A stretch of 64,000 nt of DNA from Thecamonas trahens ATCC 50062. Lineage: Eukaryota > Protista > Apusomonadida. Below the pieces are notes generated by a model. It ran no database searches. It was not told the DNA's origin and saw nothing but the letters and a program-made list of their open reading frames with translations. Position 1 is the stretch's first letter. Each line of letters begins with the position of its first letter. The position numbers were made by a program, and so were the translations under genes. Below are positions 48,914 to 59,496 of the stretch, in pieces. Where the stretch lies: NCBI RefSeq assembly GCF_000142905.1, contig NW_013657614.1:52803-116802 (forward strand), read 5' to 3'.

Positions 48914-51900
48914 ATGGCCACCACCATTGTCATCAAGTGTGTCAGCTGCGGGGCCATGCTCGGCGTGCCCCCTCCGTCCGAGCAGCCGTCTCCGCTTGGC
49001 CAGTGCCCGTGCGGAGCCGTCATTCCGCTCAACGCTGTCAACTCGGCCGCCGCCGCGTCGTCGTCGCCGCCGGCTCCGGCTGCCCCCTCGCCCACCCCGG
49101 CCTCGCTCCCGGACGGCTGGGAGGCCCAAGTCGATGCTGCGTCCGGCCGAACGTACTACATTGACCACAACACCCGAACGACGTCGTGGAGCCACCCAGA
49201 GGCGAAGCCGTCGCCCGCCGCAGTCACCGATGTCGCCGCTGTCGCCGCCACGGCCTCGATCTCGTTCACCCTCAACGGCAAGCCGGTCACCATCGACTCG
49301 CCGGATCCTGCGATGTCGCTGCAGACCTGGCTCCGTGAGGTCGCGCTCCACACCGACGTCAAGCGGATGTGCACCCAGGGCGGGTGCGGCGCGTGCCTCG
49401 TCGTCCTCTCGGGGACAAACGCCGGGACCGGGCGGGTCGAGCACCTGGCCGTCAACTCGTGTCTCCACCCGCTGATGGCGGTCAATGGCTGGGCCGTGAC
49501 CACGCCTATCGGCATCGGCTCGCAGACCTCGGGCTTTCACCCTGTCCAGCTTCGTCTTGCCGACAACAACGGCTCGCAGTGTGGCGCGTGCTCGCCTGGC
49601 CAGGTCATGGCCGCCTACGCGCTGTTCAAGGCCAACCCCAACGCGACCGAGCTTGACGTCGAGATGAACACCGACGGCAACATCTGCCGCTGCACCGGCT
49701 ACTTTCCCATCCTACAGGCCTTCAAGTCGCTCGTCGCCTCGTCGGCCAAGGGCGAGCTCACTCGCGAGCACCTCACCCTCCCGCACGAAGCCGCCGCCGC
49801 TTCCTCTGCGGCCGCCCCTGTCGCCGTCAAAATGCCGGCCACCCTCGCCCGAGTCGCCGCTCCGACGGCTGCTCCGTGGTTTGCCCCGTCAACCATGGCC
49901 GAGCTCTTTGCCACCATGGCCACCAACCCCGGCGCCCGCCTTGTTGCCGGAAACACGTCGACAGGCGTGTACCCGTACCCGCCGGCCACCTTTCCGCAGG
50001 CCATTGTCGAACTCAACGGAGTCTCAGCCCTCCATCAGCTCTCGCTCTCGCCGACCGAGCTTACCGTCGGCGCCGGCGTCTCGCTCGCCCGCCTCCTGGC
50101 GTTCCTTCAGGAGCATGTGGCGGCGTCGGCCACGTTCCCGGCCCTTGTTGAACACCTGAACAAGGTTGCCAACACCCCCGTCCGCAACGTGGCGTCGTGG
50201 ATCGGCAACCTGGTCATGACCCACGACCACGCCGACTTTCCCTCGGACGTCTTTACCATTTTTGATGCCGCCAACGCCCGGCTCACGCTCGCCACGCCGG
50301 CCAACCAGGCCGGCTCGGTCGTCGACTTTGGCACCTTCCTCACCACGTCGCTCGACGGAGTGCTGGTGACCAAAATGACGGTCCCGCTCTATGGCGCCGA
50401 CGTCCAGTTCAAGACCTTCAAGGTCATGCAGCGCCACGTCAACTGCCACGCCTACGTCAACGCCGGCTTCCTCGTCTCGCTCGGCACGAGCTCGGTCATC
50501 AACTCGGCCCGCATCGTCTACGGCGGTGTCGCGCCGCGTGCTGTCCGCGCCCAAACACCGAGGCCTTCCTCGCTGGAAAGTCCGTCACTGACGCCGCCAC
50601 CCTCTCGGGCGCGCTTGCCACCCTTGTCGCCGAGCTCAAGCCTAACGCCGAGCCCGGGTACCTCGCCTACCGCACCGCGCTCATCCCGGCCCTCTTCTAC
50701 TCGTACTACTGCACACTGCTCCCGGCCGGCTCGGTCCCGGCAAGCCTCGAGAGCCTCGTCACGCAGTTTGAGCGCGGCGTCTCGTCGCACGCCGTCACAT
50801 TCAAGACCGATCCGTCCGAGGACCCGGTCTCGGCCCCGATCTCCAAGCTCTCGGCCAAGCTGCAGGCCTCTGGCGAGGCCGTGTACACCGACGACCTCCC
50901 GCCGGCTGCGAACCAGCTCTTTGGTGCCTTTGTCCTCTCCACTGTTGCCTCGGGCAAACTGCTGAGCATCGACGCCTCGGCTGCGCTCGCCCTCGACGGC
51001 GTCGTCGCTCTCCTCACCGCTGATGACTTTCCAGCCAACGGCGCCAACGCCTGGTGGGCCGACCTGCCGGTCTTTACCCCAGTCGGCGCCGACATCGGCT
51101 TTCACGGGCAGGCCATCGGATTCATTGTTGCTGAGAGCCATGAGCTCGCCCTCGCCGCCGCCGCGCTTGTCACGGGCAACTATGGGCCTGGAGCGCCGCC
51201 GGTCTTCACCATCGACGACGCCGTTGCCGCCGGCCGCTTTGTGCCCGGCAACGAGGTGCCGATCACCCAGGGCGATGTCGCCTCGGGCTTTTCCTCGGCC
51301 CAGCACGTGGTCGAGGGCGTGTTGGAGATGCCGTCGCAGGCGCACATGACGATGCAAACCCAGGTCGCGTCGGCGGCCATCGTCGACGGCGACCTTGTTC
51401 AGCTCGACGTCGCCACGCAGTGGCCGGCCATGACCCAGACGACGGTCGCCACCGCCCTTGGCCTTGAGCACAACAATATTGACGTTGTGGTCCGCCGCAT
51501 TGGCGGCGCCTACGGCTCGCGCATCTCGTGCGCCAACCAGCCTGCCGTCGCCGCCGCCCTCGGCGCGTACCTGCTGCAGCGCCCGGTGCGGACCCAGATG
51601 GACATTGAGACCAACATGAGGCTGGTCGGCAAGCGCTTTGCGCACCAGGCCAAGTACAAGGTCGGCTTCAACAACGACGGCAAGATTGTTGCCGTCCAGG
51701 TCGAGATCATCTCCGACTGCGGGTATGCCAACTCGGGCATGGGCTCGGCAACCTCGATGTACGTCGACAACACGTACAACGTGCCCAACTGGTCTATCAC
51801 CGGCAAGTTTGTTACCACCAACAAGCCGCCGAACACCGCGTGCCGTGCTCCGGGTGCGCTCCCCGGCATCGCCTTTATGGAGCGTATCGTCGACCGTGTC

Positions 51901-53052
51901 GCCATCGAGCTCGGCGCCGACCCGGCCACCGTCCGCACCGCCAACTTTTACGTCGCCAACGACGTGACGCCCACCGGCGCCCCGCTCAAGTACTGCTCGA
52001 TCGGCTCGCTTTGGGCCAAGCTCGCGTCGTCGGCCGACGTGTCTGCGCGGCTCGCGGCCGTCACCTCGTTCAACGCCTCGTCGCGGTGGATCAAGCGCGG
52101 CCTCGCCATGACTCCGGTCCGTTACGGCATTGGCTGGGCAGGCAACAACATGGCGACCCAGATCATGGTCAACGCAACTGACGGCTCGGTCTGGGTTCGC
52201 TCCTCGGGCATCGAGTCAGGCCAGGGCCTCAACGTCAAGGTTGCCGCAGTCGTTGCTTTGGAGCTCGGCATCCCCATGGACCTCATCAAGGTTCTCCCGG
52301 CCTCGACGTCGGGCACGCCCAACACTGGCGTGACGGGTGGCTCGATCGGCTCGGGCGAGTGCTGCGCCGCGGCGCTTATCGCCGCAAAGGAGCTCAACGC
52401 CGCGCTCGCGCCGGTCAAGGCCATGCTCACTAGCGCCGCCGCGGGCGCGCCGCCGGCCTGGATGGCGCTCGTCTCCAAGGCCAACGCCGCAGGCGTCAAC
52501 CTCTCGGCCTACGGCTGGCTTGCCCCAAAGCCGCCGGCCGCCGGCCCGTTCCGCTACTCGTCGTACGGCGCGGCCGTCGCCGAGGTCGAGGTCAACGCGC
52601 TCACCGGCGAGACCCAGATCCTCCGCTACGACGTGCTCTTCGACTGCGGCATCTCGCTCAACCCGGCCATCGACGTCGGCCAGGTCGAGGGCGCCACCGT
52701 CATGGGCATCGGCAACTTTGTGTGCGAGGAGCTCGTGTACGACGCCACTACCGGCGCCCTCGTCACAGACTCGACCTGGACCTACAAGCCGCCGTCGTCG
52801 CGCGACATCCCCATCGACATGCGCGTCGAGCTCCTTCCCGACGCGCCCAACCCGACTGGTGTGCTCTCGTCCAAGGCCTCGGGCGAGCCGCCGCTCACCC
52901 TCACCGTCTCGGTCTTCCTCGCCCTCAAGAACGCCATCGCCGCCGCTCGCGCCGACGCCGGCACCACCGGCTTCTTCGCCATCGACCCGCCGCTCACCCC
53001 CGCCGCCATCCAGCAGGCCTGCCTCGTCTCGCTCAAAGATCTCACCTTTTAA
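48914..53052 (+). CDS. Aldehyde oxidase/xanthine dehydrogenase-family molybdoflavoprotein with N-terminal Zn-ribbon + WW domain; one frameshift near 50552
   Basis: CVSC...CPCG; LPDGWEAQVD..SGRTYYIDHNTRTTSWSHP; CTQGGCGAC, GSQCGACSPG, GNICRCTGY; FAD domain LVAGNT, VRNVASWIGN; a -1 shift continues NTEAFL...LQASGEAVYTDD; Moco domain ESGQGL, NPAIDVGQVEGA, SSKASGEPP. Confidence 0.92.
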
Positions 53053-53218
53053 CCACATGCCACCCAGCATGCTTGTTGACGAGCTTCAACAAGAGATTAA
53101 GACAAACAACATCGCACAGGTATTCTGCTGCGTGTTGGTGGCTCTGTCCGAGCCTGGCACTCGGCGAGTCAGCCAGTCGGCCCGAGCGACACCCGTCTCT
53201 TCCCCCCCACCACCCAGC

Positions 53219-56200
53219 ATGAAGAAGCGGTCGCGCGAGTCACCGCCTCCGTTTGCTGTGGACGACGCGTACCTAGAGGATGTGGAGATGGACCCGGAGC
53301 TTGAGCGAAAGCGGCCAAAGAAGTTTGGCGAGCGGACAGGCTCGTCTGCCTCGACTGCATCCTCGCTTACCCAGGGCTCGTTTACGGTGCCCATGGAGGT
53401 GCCCGGTGCCTCGTTGTCGGCCGCTGGCGACGGCGTCGACTTTACCTCCCAGGACACCATTCTCAAGTACAAGCGCAAGTGGCGCCGCGCTCCTACCGAG
53501 CAGCCGGACCCTTCCAATGACACCTTTGGTATGTGGGTGGGCGGATGGCGGGGATGGAGAGGGGGTGGGTGGAGGGGGGGGAGGGGGGGGAGGAAGGTGG
53601 CGATGGGGACATCGTGCTTGATTCTACGGTGGGCCTATCCACGACCTTTTTCGGGCGATTAGGGAGCACTCACACGCATTGAGCTGTTGGTGGGGGGGGG
53701 GGGCCCTNNNNNNNNNNNNNNNNNNNNNNNNNNNNNNNNNNNNNNNNNNNNNNNNNNNNNNNNNNNNNNNNNNNNNNNNNNNNNNNNNNNNNNNNNNNNN
53801 NNNNNNNGTGGGGGGGGGGGGGGGGGGGGGGAGTGGGGCGACCGATGGGGCTGTTGCTGGTGGGGCTGGACAGTGTTCCAGCAAATGGAGTGTGACTCGT
53901 ACATGGGAAAGCCTGTGGCAGGCATGCCTGGAGCGCCCGAGGGGCCGGTGCCTGTGATGCGGTTGTACGGACTGACCGAGTCCGGAGCGTCTGTGGTGGC
54001 CCATGTCCACGGCTTTCATCCGTATCTGTTCATTCCGGCGCCGCCTGGCTTCTCACCCGACGATTGCGCCACGTTCCGTGTGGCGCTCAACTCCAAGGTC
54101 CAGTCGCAGATTCGCGGGCAGTCGCAGATTGCGCCTGTGTACGTGCTCGAGGTGGAGATTGTGCAGCGCGAGTCGATCTACGGGTACCACGGCGGGCGCA
54201 AGGCACCTTTTCTCCTCATCCGGGTCGCACACCACTCGCACATCGGCATTGCGCGGCGCGTGCTGGAGAACGGGTTCGACTACGGGGTGGGGGGTGAGCG
54301 GGCATACTCGACGTACGAGTCGAACATCTCGTACGAGCTGCGGTTCATGATCGACACGTCGATTGTGGGATGCAACTGGATTGAGCTGCCTGCAGGCATG
54401 TACAGCGTGCGCGAGGCGTCGGAGAAGACTTCGCTGTGCCAGATCGAGGTCGACGTGGCGTGGGACCTGCTGACAAGCCATGCGCCCGAGGACGACTGGC
54501 TCAAGGTGGCGCCGTTCCGGGTCCTCTCGTTTGACATTGAGTGCATGGGGCGGAAGGGCGTGTTCCCGGAACCGGAGCACGACGCTGTAATCCAGATTGC
54601 GTCTGTCATTTCTGTCAACGGGCGCGAGAAGCCGCTCATCCGCAACGTGATGACGCTCGACACGTGCGCGCCGATTGCCGGGGCGCAGGTGATGTCGTTC
54701 CGGACGGAGCGCGAGCTGCTCGAGGCGTGGCGTGAGTTTGTGGTCGAGACGGACCCGGACATTCTCACCGGGTACAACATTGTCAACTTTGACCTCCCGT
54801 ATTTGCTGGAGCGCGCGGCAGCGCTGGGGCTGGAATCGTTCCCGTGGCTGGGCCGGGTGCGTGGTGAGCGGACGACGATGAAGACGACAACGTTTTCGTC
54901 CAAGGCGTATGGGACGCGCGAGAACAAGGACATCCGGATCCACGGGCGGGTCCAGTTTGACATGCTTGTGTGCATCCGGCGCGACTACAACTTGCGGTCT
55001 TACTCGCTCAACGCAGTCTCGTCGCACTTTCTGGGCGAGCAGAAGGAGGACGTGCACTACTCGGCGATTTCGGAGCTGCAGCGCGGGTCTGCCGAGAACC
55101 GGCACCGGCTGGCGGTGTACTGCCTCAAGGACGCGATTCTGCCGTACCGGCTCCTGCTCAAACTCCTCTCGTTGGTCAACTACATCGAGATGGCGCGTGT
55201 GACGGGCGTGCCGCTCTCGTGGCTCCTCACGCGCGGTCAGCAGATCAAGGTTGTCTCGCAGCTCTACCGCAAGGCGCTCACCATGGACTACCTCATTCCG
55301 GCGATGCGGGTGGACCCGTCTGCGGAGATGTACGAGGGCGCGACAGTGCTCGACCCGATCCGCGGCTTTTACAACGAGCCCATCACGACGCTCGACTTTT
55401 CGTCACTGTACCCGTCAATTATGATGGCCCACAACCTGTGCTACTCGACGCTGCTCTCCAAGTCGAACGCAGCCAAGCTCTCGCCGGACGAGTACATCAA
55501 GACGCCGACCGACGCGCTGTTTGTCAAGGCTTCGGTCCGCAAGGGCGTGCTCCCGATCATTCTCCGCGAGCTGCTCGACGCGCGTAAGCGGGCCAAGAAG
55601 GCGATGAAGGCTGAGACCGACCCGTTCCGCAAGGGCGTGCTCAACGGGCGCCAGCTGGCGCTCAAGGTCTCGGCCAACTCGGTCTACGGCTTTACCGGCG
55701 CCACGGTGGGCAAGCTGCCGTGCCTCGAGATCTCCAGCTCGGTGACGGCCTTTGGCCGGCGGATGATCGACGAGACGAAGAGCCTGGTGGAGGCCAAGTA
55801 CAACAAGGCCAACGGATATGCCAGTGACGCGGTGGTGGTGTACGGTGATACCGACTCGGTCATGGTCAAGTTTGGCCTGCCCGGCATTGCCGAGTCGATC
55901 GAGCTTGGCGAGGAGGCTGCGGCGTACGTGACCGAGCACTTTGTGAGCCCGATCGCGCTCGAGTTTGAGTACGTGGGCGACCCGTTTTTGCTCCTTGCGA
56001 AGAAGCGGTACGCAGCGGTGAAGCACACGTCGGCGGACGGCGAGGGCAAGATGTACGCGCGTGGTATCGAGACGGTCCGGCGTGACTCGGCGCGGATTGT
56101 GGGTGACGTCGTCGGCGTTGTCCTCAAGCGCATCCTCCTCGAACGAAACGTCGATGGGGCAGTCAAGTACGTGCAGGACAAGATCGGGCGGCTGCTGCGG

Positions 56201-56893
56201 AACGAGATCGACATCTCGCAGCTTGTCATTTCCAAGTCGCTCTCCAAGTCGGAAGATGAGTACGACAACAAGATGCCGCACGTCGAGCTGGTGAAGCGCA
56301 TGCGCAAGCGCGACGCCGGCTCGGCGCCGGTCATGGGCGACCGTGTCCCGTACGTCATCGTCAAGGGCGCGACAAACGCCAAGACGTACGAAAAGGCCGA
56401 GGACCCGCTGTACGTGCTTGAGCATTCGATCCCCATCGACACCGAGTACTACATCGAGAACCAGCTCAAGAAGCCGCTGCTCCGCGTCATGGGGCCCATC
56501 CTCCCCTCGACCGACATCCTCTTCCACGGTGAGCACACCCGGACCATCAAGGTCTCGGCGCCGTCAACCGGTGGCCTCATGGCCTTTACCGTCCGCTCGG
56601 AGCGTTGCATCGAGTGCAAGGCAGCGCTTCCGGCGTCGACCACCCGTCCGGTCTGCGCCCACTGCGCCGCCAACACCGCCGCCATCTACGGCGCTCAGCT
56701 CGCCCGCATGCGTGAGCTCGAGCTCCACTTTTCGCGCCTCTGGTCGCAGTGCCAGTCGTGCATGGGCTCGCTCCACGATGAGGTCATCTGCTCCAACTCG
56801 GACTGTGCGCAGTACTACATGCGCGCCAAGGCCAAGAAGGATCTTGCCGCCGCCGCCAAGGTCGTTGACAAACTTAAGGCGTACGATTGGTAG
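53219..56893 (+). CDS. POLD1: DNA polymerase delta catalytic subunit; join(53219..53528,53874..56893)
   Basis: Exo motifs SFDIEC, GYNIVNFD, YCLKDA; pol motifs LDFSSLYPSIM, QLALKVSANSVYGFTG, YGDTDSVM, KKRY; C-terminal CysA/CysB. Phase-1 intron G|GTATGT...GGACAG|TG. Confidence 0.97.
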
Positions 56894-57680
56894 CAGAGCA
56901 GAGGGGAGCAGGTGATTAAAGTAGGCCACGATCGATGTGTGTTGTGAGGGGGGGGGGGGNNNNNNNNNNNNNNNNNNNNNNNNNNNNNNNNNNNNNNNNN
57001 NNNNNNNNNNNNNNNNNNNNNNNNNNNNNNNNNNNNNNNNNNNNNNNNNNNNNNNNNNNNNNNNNNNNNNNNNNNNNNNNNNNNNNNNNNNNNNNNNNNN
57101 NNNNNNNNNNNNNNNNTTCAGAGTTATTTCTTCACACTCTATCACTATAATGTTTTTGTATCGGGGGGATACTCCCAATGGGGAGGGCTCGGAGACCGAA
57201 GGGGGGCGAGGGTCTCGGCAAATTTTCTAGCCCCAGTTTTTTTGTCCTTCCTCAAACACACCCCCCGCCGGGGGGGGTGGGGGAGGGGGAGGGTGGCGGA
57301 GGGGGCTGAGTGTATGGACTCACTATGATACGGGCATGGGCATGGAAATGGGCATGGGCATTGGTATGGGTGCTGGTATGGGCGTGGATGCTGGTGCGGT
57401 GTCTGTATGTATGTATGTCTGGCTGTCTGGCTGTCTGTATGTTTGTCTGTGTGGGTATGGTCATGGTCGTGGCAATGGCCATGCTACTGGCGCTACTCCC
57501 CCGCTGCTGCTTGGTCATCGTGTTGCTGCGGCGTCTCCTGTGTCCTCCGTCATGGCCGCTACTCTTCCGCAATCGACCACCGATACCGGGTTCGACTGGT
57601 GCTGATGCATGCATGCTGTGGGCTGTCGGCTGTCGGCTGGGGATGCGCTGGGGGTGTGCGCGGGGAGGCGAGGACCGCAG

Positions 57681-58043
57681 ATGAACGAGGCAGAGTTTGC
57701 AGACATCGTCAACACGATCAACATGTACTTTGCTCAGGCTGAAGAGCTGTCGCTGGCCCTCGTTGCTGAGGGCTGCTGCTCCTTCCTCACCCTCTTCACC
57801 CTCAACTGTTGTATGCCCACAAGGTATGAACGCCGCATGAACGAGCTTCAGGAGTACCTCGACGACATCAACGGCAACCAGTTCCGCTCCAGAGGCATCT
57901 TCTGGTCGCATCCGCGCTCCGCCGCCTACCGCCACGTTGTCGTCACTGTCGACTCGCTGCGGGACGCCCCGTCGTCGACACGCACCTCGCGCCGCAGAGC
58001 CGGAGACGACGAAGGCCTCTCGTCGGACGAGACCCGCGCTTGA
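57681..58043 (+). CDS. GOLGA7: Golgin A7 / Erf4 (GCP16) palmitoyltransferase accessory subunit; probably the 3' exon
   Basis: FADIVNTINMYFAQAEE...EGCCSFLTLF...CMPTRYE...YLDDIN...GIFWSHP; preceded by a CCGCAG acceptor. The 5' exon is probably in or next to gap 56960-57116. Confidence 0.8.
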   Translation: MNEAEFADIVNTINMYFAQAEELSLALVAEGCCSFLTLFTLNCCMPTRYERRMNELQEYLDDINGNQFRSRGIFWSHPRSAAYRHVVVTVDSLRDAPSSTRTSRRRAGDDEGLSSDETRA

Positions 58044-58128
58044 GCGCACACAGTAACACTCTAGTCACCATCTGCCGTGCGCAGGCACGTAGCGGCGGCC
58101 GCTTTACCGCGTCCACAGCGGCGTGGCA

Positions 58129-58908
58129 TCATGTATCCGAGCCGTGAGAGGAGAGCGAGAACGAGCGTGCGGCCTCAAGCCCGACATAGGCGGCGAGCTC
58201 GGACGGTGTGACGGCAGTGGCATCATCGTACAGCGGCTCACCGCGGTTGATCGACTGGGCGTGGCGGTGCGCATTGACGCAGCAGAAGGAGATGACCTTG
58301 GGGTGGGCCCCGTAGACTGGGTGCAGGATGACGTACTTGAGGTAGGCCTCGAGGGCGGCTTGGCGCTCGCGGACGAGGCTCGGCGCCATCTTGCCAAACA
58401 TCTTGGACGGCGGAAAGGCGTTGAGGAACGGGTTAGTGGCCGTCTTGTTGTATGCTGCTGTCAGCGCGGTGTTGAGCGCCTTGAACTCGGAGAACCGGCG
58501 GCGGACGCCGTAGGCAATCGCGCCCGGTCCGTTCAGCCGCACCACCACGTTGTACAGGGTGTGGTTGCTGGCGTCGACAGTCGTCGGGATGGAGACGACC
58601 GCAATCGGCGGATCGCAGTCCGGCACGTCGAAGAAGGAAAGCACCTCGTCCGTCGCCGCTAGCCCAGGCGCCGCCATCATCAGCTGCACATACCGTGCCA
58701 GCGCCCGTGCCCGCACGCCGACCTTGGGCGACAGCGCCTTGGGTGGAAGCATTTGCAGCAAGTCACCCGTCCCGCCCTCACTGTCGAGGCCGCCGACAGT
58801 CACCGCGCCGTACTTGGCCTTGAGCTCCTCATTAAGCGCGTAGAACGCCGAGTACCTCCGCTCGCAGATCCACACCTCGGTCCCGAAACGGACGCGAATG
58901 AGGTAGAT
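58129..58908 (-). CDS. Tandem PX-domain protein (3' exon; 5' end in the gap)
   Basis: W.CERRYSAFYALNEEL...LPPK...RARALARYVQ and VRRRFSEFKALNTAL...FPPSKMFG...VRERQAALEAYL; acceptor GCGACAG| at 58909. Confidence 0.85.
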   Translation of the reverse strand: MYLIRVRFGTEVWICERRYSAFYALNEELKAKYGAVTVGGLDSEGGTGDLLQMLPPKALSPKVGVRARALARYVQLMMAAPGLAATDEVLSFFDVPDCDPPIAVVSIPTTVDASNHTLYNVVVRLNGPGAIAYGVRRRFSEFKALNTALTAAYNKTATNPFLNAFPPSKMFGKMAPSLVRERQAALEAYLKYVILHPVYGAHPKVISFCCVNAHRHAQSINRGEPLYDDATAVTPSELAAYVGLEAARSFSLSSHGSDT

Positions 58909-59496
58909 CTGTCGCCGTGTCCGTGCCGATGCCGATGCCCCGTGTCCCCGTCCAGCCCATCGCCCCCCCCCCNNNNNNNNNNNNNNNNNNNNNNNNNNNN
59001 NNNNNNNNNNNNNNNNNNNNNNNNNNNNNNNNNNNNNNNNNNNNNNNNNNNNNNNNNNNNNNNNNNNNNNNNNNNNNNNNNNNNNNNNNNNNNNNNNNNN
59101 NNNNNNNNNNNNNNNNNNNNNNNNNNNNNNNNNNNNNNNNNNNNNNNNNNNNNNNNNNNNNNNNNNNNNNNNNNNNNNNNNNNNNNNNNNNNNNNNNNNN
59201 NNNNNNNNNNNNNNNNNNNNNNNNNNNNNNNNNNNNNNNNNNNNNNNNNNNNNNNNNNNNNNNNNNNNNNNNNNNNNNNNNNNNNNNNNNNNNNNNNNNN
59301 NNNNNNNNNNNNNNNNNNNNNNNNNNNNNNNNNNNNNNNNNNNNNNNNNNNNNNNNNNNNNNNNNNNNNNNNNNNNNNTAAAACGGGGGGAGGGGGGAGG
59401 GGGACGATTGTTGTCTGTCGGTGTGTATGTGGTTTGTGTTACACTCACAGTGTCGTGTATGTATATGCGGTCGTGGTCGGGGGGCGATGCTTGTAG

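Noticed and set aside
50550-50556. Programmed -1 ribosomal frameshift at CCCAAAC
   Set aside because: The heptamer is in the wrong phase relative to the zero frame; a sequencing indel is simpler.
53219-56893. Viral or Polinton PolB indicating an endogenous virus
   Set aside because: Canonical cellular Pol delta with CysA/CysB and an intron; no capsid, packaging ATPase or integrase nearby.
57117-57310. AT-richer stretch after the gap as a foreign insertion
   Set aside because: Looks like low-quality contig-edge sequence; it may hide the GOLGA7 first exon.
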